From: a virus
Reading direction: 5' to 3' (one strand)
IMG/VR virus record: IMGVR_UViG_3300008216_000009
Span: 1 to 64,000 of that record
Length of the DNA: 64,000 nt
Under the pieces are notes generated by a model. That model saw nothing but the letters and a program-made list of their open reading frames with translations, had not been told where the DNA came from and ran no database searches. The position numbers were made by a program, and so were the translations under genes. Position 1 is the first letter of the stretch. Each line of letters starts with the position of its first letter. Of the stretch, positions 46,186 through 57,459 are shown piece after piece.

Positions 46186-46539
46186 ATGGTGGAGGAGCAA
46201 GAATCTACAAAGGAAGAAGTTGGTTTAACAAGGAGAGAGTTAGAGACTGAGCTTGTAGGTGCGAAAGCTAAAATTGTAGAGCTTGAAGCAAAGACTAAAA
46301 CTACACTTACAGGCTCTCAATTTCTGACAATCGTACTCGTAGGCCCGTTATTTTTGGCTTTCGTAACACTTGGAGTGTTGATTGTGTGGAAAACGACATC
46401 AAAACCTGCAGAAATTGCGCCACACCTGGATATAATTCTTGTAGCGTTCGCAATTTTCGCCAATCCTGTGACGGCAGCGGCTGGTGTGATTGTGGGTATG
46501 ATGCAGGATGACGTGAGAAAGAAGAATGAGGAAAAGTAA
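46186..46539 (+). CDS. Coiled-coil plus two-TM membrane protein
   Basis: Hydrophobic segments. Confidence 0.6.
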   Translation: MVEEQESTKEEVGLTRRELETELVGAKAKIVELEAKTKTTLTGSQFLTIVLVGPLFLAFVTLGVLIVWKTTSKPAEIAPHLDIILVAFAIFANPVTAAAGVIVGMMQDDVRKKNEEK

Positions 46540-46575
46540 GTGACTGAGTAGACCGATTGTCTCTAAGGAGTAATC

Positions 46576-47481
46576 ATGAGTGACGATAAACAAAAGAAAT
46601 TTAGAAATAAAAAGTTTTCTTTGCGTCTTCCTTCTTTTACAAGTATTAAGCTGGGGGGATTTGGGTCTTTTAAGCTCCCTGTTTTTGGGAAAATACGTAA
46701 TCCTTTCCCGACAGGGCTTTATCTTGGTGGCGGGAAACTAATTGTAATTTCTCTTGCTACCGTGTCTCTTGGATTCGTAGCGTCTATGTTCCTTTTGCTA
46801 AGTAAAGGAGAGCAGGAGATTACTTGGCCCATGACTGGGGCGGTTTACGAAGCTCCTAGTATGATTGGGGCCAGAGTTGTAGACGAAGAAACTCCTATGG
46901 AAGCCTCACAGACGTTGCAGATTAACCTTCCAGGCGGAATACGCCTGGATGAGATTAATCTGGTAAACATTTCTCTGGGTAAGGCTGCTCTAGCTACTGC
47001 TTTTCAGATTGCTGGAACTAGTACGGCTTACATTGTTGTTGATGATTTAATAATTAAAAATTCAGAGTTCCCAAGTATGGACTTTGCGAATTCTGAGTTC
47101 TACGCCATTAATGCAACCACCTCTGTAGTAGCTGCAGGTCATACTTTTAACATGACGGCTACAACTACTCTCTCAGACATCACTATTGGTAGTGGTAGGG
47201 GTGTTGCTTCTTACGATGCTAAGGACATGGTAGTTGACAGAATTATAATTGAATGCACAGGCAGTTCAGATTGCGTCATTGATACGATAACTATTGATGG
47301 TGTCAAAACATGGATAGGCACCTTTGACTTGGATTATGTTAAAGCCGGAACACTTACCCTAGAAACCCTTAGAGTTGGTGATGATGGAGACATTAATTCG
47401 GCTGATCTTGTGATTAACAGTACAGTTTATTTCACCTCTGTAACGGATGGCGTGGTAGAGGAGCCTGTAAATATAAAATAG
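46576..47481 (+). CDS. Membrane-anchored beta-rich protein
   Basis: One TM segment followed by a beta-helix-like acidic region. Confidence 0.6.
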   Translation: MSDDKQKKFRNKKFSLRLPSFTSIKLGGFGSFKLPVFGKIRNPFPTGLYLGGGKLIVISLATVSLGFVASMFLLLSKGEQEITWPMTGAVYEAPSMIGARVVDEETPMEASQTLQINLPGGIRLDEINLVNISLGKAALATAFQIAGTSTAYIVVDDLIIKNSEFPSMDFANSEFYAINATTSVVAAGHTFNMTATTTLSDITIGSGRGVASYDAKDMVVDRIIIECTGSSDCVIDTITIDGVKTWIGTFDLDYVKAGTLTLETLRVGDDGDINSADLVINSTVYFTSVTDGVVEEPVNIK

Positions 47482-47877
47482 GCTGAGGGTATTATTAATA
47501 GGTTAAGGTAAAGGGAGAGAGAGATGGTTATTTTAGGAGCGATACGTTTGGGATTGGCAATAGCAAGTAGGTTGAAAGATATGGAGGATCGTATCTCATT
47601 ATTAGGTACGCTGACTTTAGCTGTGGGTGATGATGGAAAAGTTACGCCTATTGAGTGGGCTACTATAGGTAAACGCCTAGGTGTGTTTGATGTTAAGTAA
47701 ATTGATGTCCTGGTTTGTTGGAAGAAGCGGTAAATTGAAGGGCCATGAATTTGGTGTAGTCAGGTTTGGCCCCCAAGAATTGCCTATGGTTCCTTTCAAG
47801 CATCCTCATATAGGAAAGGTTAAACTTTTTTATGTGGACGCTAAGGTCAGGGACAGACTGTCAAAGGTAAATAAATA

Positions 47878-48207
47878 ATGCCAGCACCTACTTTACGTAC
47901 AAATATTGAATTGATGCAGCCCCTACCTAATTACAGGGGGTTTACCACTACTACTTCTAGTGCGTCTGCTACTACTGTTATTGATGTTTCCTCTGTTATG
48001 GAGGAAGCCAACAGAATCACATTCGTAGTGGAGTTAGGGGATCTGTACATCAATTTTAATGGTGCGGCTACCAGTGACGGTACTTCTATGATAGTTCCAG
48101 CCGGGACCGGTTATACAGAGGAGATGATGCGGATAACTGGGTTGATTTCAATTATGCGGGTTGGGACTACAAATGGTCGTATTCGTGGTTGTGTGTGGGG
48201 GAGGTAG
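47878..48207 (+). CDS. Virion protein, paralog of 48208-48567
   Basis: Shared IELMQP, EAN.IT.VV...D.YINFNG.AT..GTSM..PAGTGYTEE. Confidence 0.75.
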   Translation: MPAPTLRTNIELMQPLPNYRGFTTTTSSASATTVIDVSSVMEEANRITFVVELGDLYINFNGAATSDGTSMIVPAGTGYTEEMMRITGLISIMRVGTTNGRIRGCVWGR

Positions 48208-48567
48208 GTGACTTATCCACACGCAGGAAAATCTGATGAAGTAATAAAGCTTCGCCTAGATATAGAGTTGATGCAGCCGTATGAGGCTTTTAAACCTTTT
48301 ACGTTGACCACTAGTGGAGATACCGCAGAAACGATTTTTACAGTTTCAGAATTTATGACAGAAGCGAATCACATTACGTTGGTTGTTGATCGGGCAGATA
48401 TGTATATAAATTTTAACGGAGATGCCACAACATCTGGTACTTCTATGTTGCTCCCCGCTGGTACTGGGTACACAGAGGAGTTCATTAGGCTGACTGGGAA
48501 GATTTCAGTGGTACGTGCGGGTTTATTAAATGCGAGGATAATTGGTGCTGTTTGGGGCACAAACTAA
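48208..48567 (+). CDS. Virion protein, paralog of 47878-48207
   Basis: Same shared motifs as 47878-48207. Confidence 0.75.
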   Translation: MTYPHAGKSDEVIKLRLDIELMQPYEAFKPFTLTTSGDTAETIFTVSEFMTEANHITLVVDRADMYINFNGDATTSGTSMLLPAGTGYTEEFIRLTGKISVVRAGLLNARIIGAVWGTN

Positions 48568-48588
48568 TAGAGTTATGGGGGGCTTAGA

Positions 48589-49551
48589 ATGCCATTAGAC
48601 AAAGGTTTTGAGTTTCGTTTTGGGGAGCACGAATTTCGGACAGTACGGGAATCGATTGCTGCTCCAGTTAAGTTTGTTCCTTTTAGTAAGACTTTAGCAA
48701 CTACTAATACTGCTGAGGATTTGTTGACCACTGATCCTGATGTACCTGCGTATAATTTGGTTACTAATCCCCATATGGTTGGCAGCGGGACTCCTCCTGC
48801 AGGATGGACTGCTGTCAGTGCTACGGTGACTAGGGTAACCACTACTCCTAGGGTAGGCAGTCATTCCATGTCAGTTGAGACAGGCAATGCGGTGGCTGCT
48901 GAGGGTGCTTACTTTGAAGCAGCAGATATTCCACCCGGGAATTACGCCTTATCTGTCTATTTGAGGCGTGATGGTGGGGGGACTGCATATGTTAGGGCTT
49001 CCAGTGATGGTGGTACTACATTTACTAATGGCAATGTAGTCACTATGGCAAATAACTGGAACGGTAGAAGTACAGTATTTCATAAGGTTAAGACTACCGA
49101 GACGAGTATTAGGCTTTATGTAGTTACCAATACCCAACAAAATATCACGTACTTAGTAGATTCTGCTCAAATAGAGCCATCGTGGCACGTAGTTATGGGG
49201 AGTGGAACTTCAACTAGGGATCCCAATCCTCCCGTAGCGGCAGTTACTGCAGTTGTAGATCCTCTCAGTGACAGATTCTCACGGTGGCTTGGTACTACTG
49301 ATGCGTCTAATTCAGTTCGTGAGCCAGGATTGAATGAGATTCATTACGTATATATGTGGGCAAGCCATGATACCTACGTAGATTTTGATAGGACGGTAGC
49401 TATTCGCACGGCTACTCCGTTGGGATATTATTTGACCGCTGGGATAGCCTATGCCCTAGATATACATAAAATAGTTAAGAATAATATTTCCTTTGTTAAT
49501 GCGTCAGGAAGTGAAACACCTAAGGTCATCGGTTATGCGATGGGCTTTTAG
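48589..49551 (+). CDS. Virion protein with carbohydrate-binding-module-like domain
   Basis: NLVTNP...GW...G.HS...YALSVY...YLVDSAQIE jelly-roll pattern. Confidence 0.6.
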   Translation: MPLDKGFEFRFGEHEFRTVRESIAAPVKFVPFSKTLATTNTAEDLLTTDPDVPAYNLVTNPHMVGSGTPPAGWTAVSATVTRVTTTPRVGSHSMSVETGNAVAAEGAYFEAADIPPGNYALSVYLRRDGGGTAYVRASSDGGTTFTNGNVVTMANNWNGRSTVFHKVKTTETSIRLYVVTNTQQNITYLVDSAQIEPSWHVVMGSGTSTRDPNPPVAAVTAVVDPLSDRFSRWLGTTDASNSVREPGLNEIHYVYMWASHDTYVDFDRTVAIRTATPLGYYLTAGIAYALDIHKIVKNNISFVNASGSETPKVIGYAMGF

Positions 49552-49563
49552 GGAGGATCCTAG

Positions 49564-50250
49564 ATGGGACTTTTCAATGTATATACAGTTTCGAACGCCT
49601 ACAGGAGTGATTATTTTCAGTATCTGAGCGAACAGTGGGCAAACGACACCGATGAATTCACTGGGGCTTGGAATCGTAGCAGCACTTCTTTAATTACTCG
49701 TGTCAAAACTGATACGGATATGCCGAAGGCGCAGATTGCATTAACGTCTAACACGGCTGCACGTCTTCGAACTATTTTTACTTTTAGGGCCACTCCCGGT
49801 AAGTTTACTGGAGCGGGTTCTACTACCATGGTTCGGGGTACTTTCATTGAGTGGGAAGCTAAATTATCTAATGTAGCTAACGTAGATAACTCCATTTTCT
49901 TTATGGGAGTGAATGCTTCTGCATCAGCTACGAGAGCAACCACTAATTTAATTGCATTTGGGTTATCCAGTGATAGTTTAATGGCTGTTTCTGATAATGC
50001 GGGTACTGAGACTACCACCGCTATTTCAGGTATAACTTTGGCTGATCGTAATATGTATCGTCTGTCTATAACGGGTGGACAGATAGAATATTCTGTTAAT
50101 GGAAATATTCTGGCTACTCACACTACTAATATTCCCGATGTAATTGGGTATCTTCAATTTAACCACGATACAGAGGCAGGGGCTTCTAATTTAGATATAG
50201 GTTTTGTTCATGTGTTTTATCGTGGTGTTGAGGATACTAGATCCTTTTAG
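49564..50250 (+). CDS. Virion protein, lectin/ConA-like
   Basis: YRLSI....IEYSVNG...ATHTTNIP. Confidence 0.55.
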   Translation: MGLFNVYTVSNAYRSDYFQYLSEQWANDTDEFTGAWNRSSTSLITRVKTDTDMPKAQIALTSNTAARLRTIFTFRATPGKFTGAGSTTMVRGTFIEWEAKLSNVANVDNSIFFMGVNASASATRATTNLIAFGLSSDSLMAVSDNAGTETTTAISGITLADRNMYRLSITGGQIEYSVNGNILATHTTNIPDVIGYLQFNHDTEAGASNLDIGFVHVFYRGVEDTRSF

Positions 50251-50262
50251 GGGGGGCTATAG

Positions 50263-53200
50263 ATGCCTGTTGATCTGAGACAAATATCATTTTATCCGCT
50301 AAAGCGGCAATATATCGTTAGTGATTCTGAGCCTGGAATAGAGGTCGTTCAGAGCGGAAGCGGTGCCTATTTAAAATGCACTGATGAGAATGATGCGGTT
50401 GTTTTCCAAGTAGCGAATGATGGATTAATCTCATCTGCTGCTGGAGCGGCTGAGTATTCGACACTCCAGTCCTCCTCTGGAACTCCAATCACACTGGTTG
50501 CTCAGGGATCCAATCAGGATGTGCGGTTTATGCACACCGCCAACAGCACTGCCAATGTGATGATGTTCCTTGACGGGGCCACCAAGCATATGAGTATAGG
50601 TGGTGCCCATGACTCTACTCCTGACAGTAGGCTCCATGTTTTTGGTGCTACCGCAGGAAGTGTTACAGCAGTAACAGATACAATCATAACTGCTGAGAAT
50701 GATGATAATGCTTTTATCAGCCTCTTAGCTCCAACCTCTAGCGGAATTCTATTCGGAGATGTGGCTGATGCGGATATAGGCCGTATCACCTACACCCATT
50801 CTGATAATGCTTTAAATCTTTATGTATCTGCTTCTCAACAGTTTGCTTATACCGACGCTACTTTGCAGTTCAAAAAGGCTACGAGTCTTACAACCAGTGC
50901 TGGTGCATTAACTATTGCCCCAGTATCGGGTGCTCATTTAGATCTTACTCTGGGTGGTGCGGGTGATCTTAGGGTAAACACAAGTCAACTCTATGTGGAC
51001 ACGAGTGCTGCCAGGGTTGGTGTGAATACGGCTACTCCTTCTGCTGGGTTAGAGGTAGTGGTTTCTGAATCTGCTACTGTCCCTGCTCTTATGGTTCAGA
51101 ATTCTTTTAATGCTGCTTCTAATCAGGTAGCAGTTTTTAGGGGGTCTAATAGAGGCACGGCTGCAGATAACGATAGTTCTTACATCACTTATGAGATGGA
51201 AGATTCGGCTGGAAATATGGTGGAAGTTGGTCGCCAGATATGGCAGATCAATGATGTAACCAGCAATACGAAAGATTCTAAGTTCACCTGGCAGGTTATG
51301 GTGAACAATACTTTAACTGACATGTTGGAGATTAGTTCTTCAGCCGCTGCTGTACCAACTGCCACGTTTGCCAGCGGTGATGCCATATTCAATGACAATG
51401 TTTCTATTAGATTAGGGACTGCTGGTGTAGAGGCCGATCTTTCTTCCAATGGGACCGATGTTAAGTGGGAATTTGCTGCTACTGCTGATCTTCTCATTGG
51501 TAGAGCTAGTTCACCTGCTCCTGATGGGCTTGTACACATATGGGCAGCGACTGCTGGTTCGGTGCAAGCTCCTACGGATTCATTGCTCACTCTTGAGAAA
51601 GATGACAATGCATACATTACTTTTTTGGCTCCTACTGTCAGCGGTATTAATTTTGGCGATGCTGCCGATAATAATGTTGGTAGTATTACTTATACTCATT
51701 CAAGCAATACTTTAAATACCACCATCAATGCCGCTTCCCAGTTAAATCATACTGATGGGGCATTTGCCTTTGCCAAAGCCACAACGGTCAGTACTTCTTC
51801 TGGAACTCTGACTATAAATGCATTCACCGCTGGCGGTGCCATAAATTTTGCTAGTCAGGCAATGACTAGTGTAGATATAAACTCTGGGACTATTGGCGGG
51901 GTTACGATTGATGGTACTTCTACGGCTACGGCTGATGTTACTTTCAATGACAATGTAAAAGTGACATTAGGCACTGGTGGAGATGTAGATGTCTACTATG
52001 ACGCTACTGATATGGTCATCAATACCCGGGTTGCTGGCACTGGAGATTTAGTAACACACAGTCAGATTGTCTGGGGTACTGGAGTAGCTGTAACAGCCGC
52101 TGACTATTCCATAGGCAGGGATGCTGATGGTACGAATCAGATGCATCTTAATGTGCCCTCCAGTTCTGGATGGGAATTTTCGATAAATGACACTGCCAAG
52201 CTCACTTATGCTACTGGTGCATTTAACTTTACTGAAGCTACTTCGATTACCACTTCTGCAGGTCAATTGACTATTGATGGTGCTGGTGGGGTTGTTATTA
52301 ATGAGGACGGAGATGATGAGGATTTTCGCATTGAGACTAATAGCAATGCCAATACCTTAGTTATAGATGCCAACACATTTGGTGGTACGGGTTCGATTGG
52401 ACTAGGAAATGCAGTAGTAAATACTGCTTACCTACGAATAGCTCCCATAGCGATTACATCGACTGCTGACCAGCCGTATGCTGCGGTACGAATCGCTCCT
52501 GTTGGTGTAACGGTTCCTAGTGGAACATCCTCAGTAGTCTCTAGCCTTACTGTAGTAGAGCCAGTTATATCTGCCACAGGCACGGTGACGGTTGCTGCTA
52601 CAGTTTATATTCAGAATGCACCTACTGAGGGTACTAATGATTATGCTCTCTTTGTAGATGCTGGGGCTACTCGACTTGATGGAACCTTAACCGCTAGTGG
52701 CGGCGGAGCACTAACTGGAACATGGTCTGATCTTGGAACTGTAAGCACCATAGATATAAATGGTGGGTCTATAGATGGGATTACATTAGGGACTAATGCT
52801 GCTGTTACTCAAGCTGTAATTGATGATATTGACCTAAACGGCAAGGTCATCACCATGACAGGCAGTAGCAGCGACACGGCAGTATTCACTGCTGGCACTA
52901 ACGGCACGTTAAGTATAGTAACCACTGACGCTGCCGCTGCCGCCGCAAATATTCAGATCACTGCTGATGGCACAGTGGACATAGATTCGGCTGGGGTACT
53001 CACATTAGATTCTGGAGCAGCTATTAATTTAGAACCTGCAGCAGGGTCAGCTATTCTTCTTGACGGGACAATCAGCATTGATGGCGGTGCAGTGACAGGG
53101 GTGGTAAGTATTTTCCAAACCGATGTAAAAATTGGTGAGGATGATGAGACCAAGATAGATTTTGAGACTGTTAACACTATTAATTTCTATGTAAACAATG

Positions 53201-56200
53201 CTAAAGATTTAGTTTTATCTGAAAATGCCTTAACTCCCGGCACAAGTGATGGCACTGCTTTGGGAACTACGTCTCTGATGTGGTCTGACTTATTCCTAGC
53301 AAGTGGGAGTGTAGTCAACTTCAATAATGGAGATGTAACGCTCACTCATTCAGCTAATACTCTTACCTTAGCGGGGGGGACACTAGCTGCTGCCGCCATA
53401 ACAGGCACCACGATTGATGCTTCGACTGACTTTACGATTGGAAGTACGGTTATTACAGACGATGTAATAACTTTCACCCCAAGCTCCAGCGATACCGTAA
53501 CACTGACCTCTTCTACAAATGGAGCCTTTTCACTTGTAACAGTTGATGACGCTGCGGCAGCAGCTAACATTCAGATTACCGCCGATGGGACAGTAGATAT
53601 AGATTCTGCAGGAGTGCTGACCTTAGATTCTGGTGCCGCTATTAATTTAGAGCCAGCGGGGGGATCTGCCATTCTGCTTGATGGGACAATCAGCGTTGAC
53701 GCTGGGGTAGTAACAGGCGCAACAAGCATTACATCCACAGCATTTCTAGGGACTCTTGATGGAGTTGTGGGAGGGAATACTCCCGCTGCAATTACAGGCA
53801 CAGCCATTATAGGCACAACAATAGATGCCACTACCGATTTTACTATCGGTTCTCTTGTTATTACTGATGATTCAATAGTAATGACTCCAACTGCCAGTGA
53901 TACAGTAACTATTGCTGGTGCCGCTAATGGAGCCTTCTCTATTGTTACTGTAGATGCTGGTGCTGCAGCGGCTAATATTCAGATTACTGCCGATGGAACG
54001 GTAGATATAGATTCTGCGGGTGTTCTCACTCTGGATTCAGGAGCGGCGATCAATCTAGAACCTGCGGCAGGGTCTGCGATCCTTTTGGATGGAACTATAA
54101 GTGTCGATGCGGGGGTGGTCACTAATGCGACTAGTATTACTTCAACAGATTTTGTTGGAAATATAACTGGAACCGTTCTTACTGCGACTCAAAACAGTAT
54201 TACCACCATGACGGGTTTGGTTACCACTGGAGCTTTGAATGCTGGTTCTATCACCTCTGGATTCACTTCTATAGATGTAGGATCAGGAGCCATAACCACA
54301 ACTGGCACCGTTACGACTGGTGCGCTTGCCATAAATGGCAACATTACTACAGCCGCTGCTCGTACCTGGACTCTGTTGGATAACGATGCCACTGCTCTTA
54401 GTTTTGATGCTTCTGGTAAAACAGGTATGCTCGTTTTTGATACTAGAAATGGTTCTGAACGAGTAACTCTGAGTGGCAATGTGTTGGTATCTGGAGACTT
54501 TGAGGTAGCTGGTTCTAGTACAACAGTCAGTACGACTGTCATAGTTGCCGATCCATTAGTAGCTCTGGCAACGACTAACACTGGCAATGCAGTTGATATT
54601 GGATTTTTTGGTAGGTATCGCACAAATGGTACAAACCTCTACACAGGGTTTGTTTGGGATGCAAACGTTTCCAAGTACATTCTTTTCCATGGAAATCAGG
54701 CTGCACCTGACACAACTGTAAACACAGGTGGAACAGGGTACACCGCTTCTACACTAGTTCTTGGAACTCTTGAGTCATCGAATATTGCTGCCCATACCTT
54801 AACGGGTAAGCTGACTGCTGGTTCTGTAGAGATAGAAGGATCAGGTTTCGATATAAATGGCGGAGATATGACTGGTGTCACTATCTCTGGAGCTTTGACA
54901 TGGTCTGCTGCCCAGGATTTAAACAATCAGGCGTTAACTAATATCAATGTGGATTCGGGTGCTATAGATGGAGTAACTCTAGGCACTAACTCTGCAATAA
55001 CTAATGCAGTTATTGATGATGTGGCTATCAATGGCAAGGTAATCACTATGACAGGTAGTGCCAGTGATACTGCGACCATGACCGCAGCCACTAACGGTGC
55101 TTTTTCTCTCGTTACGGTTGATGCTGCTGCCGCTGCTGCAAATATCCAAATCACGGCAGACGGAACAGTGGATATAGATTCCGCTGGAGCATTAACACTG
55201 GATTCTGGGGCTGCGATTAATCTGGAACCTGCCTCTGGGTCTGTAATCTTGTTGGACGGCACAATAAGTGTTGATGCTGGTGTAGTAACGGGAGTTACGG
55301 CGTTTACCTCCGCTACGATTGATGCTACTACTGATTTTACGATTGGTTCCCTTATTATTACTGACGATCAGATACAAATGACTCCAACTGCCAGCGATAC
55401 AATAACTATTGCTGGCGCAGCTAATGGAGCCTTTTCTATTGTTACCGTCGATGACGCAGCGGCTGCTGCCAACATTCAGATCACTGCTGATGGTACGGTA
55501 GACATTGATTCAGCGGGAGTCCTGACATTAGACTCAGGTGCTGCTATCAATATAGAACCTGCGGGTGGGTCCGCTATTTTACTTGATGGCACTATTAGTA
55601 TAGATGCGGGAGTGGTGACCGGGGCGACCAGCATCACTTCTACGGCATTTCTAGGTACTCTTGATGGCGTTATAGGAGGAAACACCCCTGCGGCGATTAC
55701 AGGTACAACCATTGATGCAACTACTGACTTTACTATAGGTAGTACGGTTATTACTGACGATGTAATCACATTTACTCCAAGTTCTAGTGACACTGTAACT
55801 ATGACCTCCAGTACGAATGGAGCCTTTTCCTTAGTTACAGTTGACAATGCCGCTGCTGCTGCAAATATCCAAATTACAGCGGATGGAACTGTAGATATAG
55901 ACTCAGCGGGTGTTCTCACTCTGGATTCAGGAGCGGCTATTAACATAGAACCTGCTGGTGGTTCTGCCATTCTGCTCGACGGAACTATCAGTATTGATGC
56001 AGGTGTGGTTATTGGAGCAACCAGCATCACTTCCACTAATTTTGTAGGAACTGTCACTACAGCTACTCAAAATAGTATTACCACTATGACGGGCTTGGTT
56101 ACTACAGGAGCCTTGAACTCAGGTTCAATAGCCAGTGGGTTTGGGGCAATAGATATTGGTTCGGATAACCTAACTGCCACAGGCACGATATCGCTGGGAG

Positions 56201-57459
56201 CGACCAGTTTTAACGATCAGAACCTGACAAATGTAGGGGGCATAGCATTAGATACGATTACTTCTGATGCTGGTGCTGGAATCACTATTACGCCTACTAC
56301 GGATACTTTCTTTTCTAATGGTACTGGTGTGGTAATAGGACATACGGCTCAGTTGACTGTTTCCGCTGCAGACGGTGCTACTCCCCGTCAACCAGAGTTT
56401 CAGATAGCTGGAACTGTAGGCACTATAGATGGGGCAGCATTGATTACCACCTTCAATACGAATGGGGCGGGTATTGGGAACGCATCGACATTGAATTTCG
56501 CTAAGAGTAGAGGCAGTTTTGGTACTGTTGGCACGGCAGTGGGGGTTACTGATTCTCTTGGTACGATAGTTGCATATGGTGATGATGGTACTGATATGTA
56601 TTCACCTGCCGCAGCCATTCATTTTGAGGTTGATGGCACAGTTGGAACGGGTGTAATGCCAGGGAAAATAGCGTTCTACACGACTCCAGCTAGTTCAGAA
56701 GCTTTAGCAGAGAGAGTGCGTATTGATGCTCTTGGTCGTGTCTTTATAGGGGACACTACTATTGGCACTTCGGTAGATATGGATACAGCGGGATTGGTCA
56801 TAAATCAAGCAGGTGGGGATAAGCATATATTGGCTCTTAAATCATCCGATGTGGGTCATGGTATGACCACCGTTGCCGAGACTGATACTTATGGTTTTAT
56901 TGAGAAGAGCGATACTATGGGTGGTTTACGTATAGAAGGTCTTAAAGCTTCTGGTGGCACTCATTCTGGATTATCCATGAGGGGTGTCATAGATGGTACG
57001 CAAAACAGCACTAAAGGGACTGCTGGGACTGGCACTATAACTTTAGATACTGCCATTAGGAATGGAACTGGGGTAACAGCAGTAGGAGCTAACGGTAATA
57101 TATTTTCTATTCGAAATAATGGAGCGACTAGGTTCATATTTGATGCTGAAGGCGATTTTTATTCAGATGCCAGTATCAATGCTGATTTCTACGATGACTA
57201 CAATGACCCTGTGCTAGTAAGAGATTTGGATTTAGCCATTACGCAGCGGTTTGATCAGTGGACTCAGTACAACAGGGCAGATGTGGAGAGAGCCAAGTTA
57301 GTTCACTTCGATGAGAAGGATCAGCCCTTCGTTAACTGGACTAGGGTATGGAAGCTCCACAATGGTGCAATCTGGCAATTATATGAGAAAATGGAGAGGT
57401 TAGAAGAAGAGAATAAGTCCTTGAAAGAAAATCTCTCAAAGATGTTGACGGAGGGTTAA
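50263..57459 (+). CDS. Giant fibre/spike protein (2398 aa) with six repeats of about 70 aa
   Basis: G/T/A/S-rich beta repeats; ANIQITADGTVDIDSAG.LTLDSGAAIN.EPA x6; C-terminal chaperone-like coiled coil. Confidence 0.8.
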   Translation: MPVDLRQISFYPLKRQYIVSDSEPGIEVVQSGSGAYLKCTDENDAVVFQVANDGLISSAAGAAEYSTLQSSSGTPITLVAQGSNQDVRFMHTANSTANVMMFLDGATKHMSIGGAHDSTPDSRLHVFGATAGSVTAVTDTIITAENDDNAFISLLAPTSSGILFGDVADADIGRITYTHSDNALNLYVSASQQFAYTDATLQFKKATSLTTSAGALTIAPVSGAHLDLTLGGAGDLRVNTSQLYVDTSAARVGVNTATPSAGLEVVVSESATVPALMVQNSFNAASNQVAVFRGSNRGTAADNDSSYITYEMEDSAGNMVEVGRQIWQINDVTSNTKDSKFTWQVMVNNTLTDMLEISSSAAAVPTATFASGDAIFNDNVSIRLGTAGVEADLSSNGTDVKWEFAATADLLIGRASSPAPDGLVHIWAATAGSVQAPTDSLLTLEKDDNAYITFLAPTVSGINFGDAADNNVGSITYTHSSNTLNTTINAASQLNHTDGAFAFAKATTVSTSSGTLTINAFTAGGAINFASQAMTSVDINSGTIGGVTIDGTSTATADVTFNDNVKVTLGTGGDVDVYYDATDMVINTRVAGTGDLVTHSQIVWGTGVAVTAADYSIGRDADGTNQMHLNVPSSSGWEFSINDTAKLTYATGAFNFTEATSITTSAGQLTIDGAGGVVINEDGDDEDFRIETNSNANTLVIDANTFGGTGSIGLGNAVVNTAYLRIAPIAITSTADQPYAAVRIAPVGVTVPSGTSSVVSSLTVVEPVISATGTVTVAATVYIQNAPTEGTNDYALFVDAGATRLDGTLTASGGGALTGTWSDLGTVSTIDINGGSIDGITLGTNAAVTQAVIDDIDLNGKVITMTGSSSDTAVFTAGTNGTLSIVTTDAAAAAANIQITADGTVDIDSAGVLTLDSGAAINLEPAAGSAILLDGTISIDGGAVTGVVSIFQTDVKIGEDDETKIDFETVNTINFYVNNAKDLVLSENALTPGTSDGTALGTTSLMWSDLFLASGSVVNFNNGDVTLTHSANTLTLAGGTLAAAAITGTTIDASTDFTIGSTVITDDVITFTPSSSDTVTLTSSTNGAFSLVTVDDAAAAANIQITADGTVDIDSAGVLTLDSGAAINLEPAGGSAILLDGTISVDAGVVTGATSITSTAFLGTLDGVVGGNTPAAITGTAIIGTTIDATTDFTIGSLVITDDSIVMTPTASDTVTIAGAANGAFSIVTVDAGAAAANIQITADGTVDIDSAGVLTLDSGAAINLEPAAGSAILLDGTISVDAGVVTNATSITSTDFVGNITGTVLTATQNSITTMTGLVTTGALNAGSITSGFTSIDVGSGAITTTGTVTTGALAINGNITTAAARTWTLLDNDATALSFDASGKTGMLVFDTRNGSERVTLSGNVLVSGDFEVAGSSTTVSTTVIVADPLVALATTNTGNAVDIGFFGRYRTNGTNLYTGFVWDANVSKYILFHGNQAAPDTTVNTGGTGYTASTLVLGTLESSNIAAHTLTGKLTAGSVEIEGSGFDINGGDMTGVTISGALTWSAAQDLNNQALTNINVDSGAIDGVTLGTNSAITNAVIDDVAINGKVITMTGSASDTATMTAATNGAFSLVTVDAAAAAANIQITADGTVDIDSAGALTLDSGAAINLEPASGSVILLDGTISVDAGVVTGVTAFTSATIDATTDFTIGSLIITDDQIQMTPTASDTITIAGAANGAFSIVTVDDAAAAANIQITADGTVDIDSAGVLTLDSGAAINIEPAGGSAILLDGTISIDAGVVTGATSITSTAFLGTLDGVIGGNTPAAITGTTIDATTDFTIGSTVITDDVITFTPSSSDTVTMTSSTNGAFSLVTVDNAAAAANIQITADGTVDIDSAGVLTLDSGAAINIEPAGGSAILLDGTISIDAGVVIGATSITSTNFVGTVTTATQNSITTMTGLVTTGALNSGSIASGFGAIDIGSDNLTATGTISLGATSFNDQNLTNVGGIALDTITSDAGAGITITPTTDTFFSNGTGVVIGHTAQLTVSAADGATPRQPEFQIAGTVGTIDGAALITTFNTNGAGIGNASTLNFAKSRGSFGTVGTAVGVTDSLGTIVAYGDDGTDMYSPAAAIHFEVDGTVGTGVMPGKIAFYTTPASSEALAERVRIDALGRVFIGDTTIGTSVDMDTAGLVINQAGGDKHILALKSSDVGHGMTTVAETDTYGFIEKSDTMGGLRIEGLKASGGTHSGLSMRGVIDGTQNSTKGTAGTGTITLDTAIRNGTGVTAVGANGNIFSIRNNGATRFIFDAEGDFYSDASINADFYDDYNDPVLVRDLDLAITQRFDQWTQYNRADVERAKLVHFDEKDQPFVNWTRVWKLHNGAIWQLYEKMERLEEENKSLKENLSKMLTEG

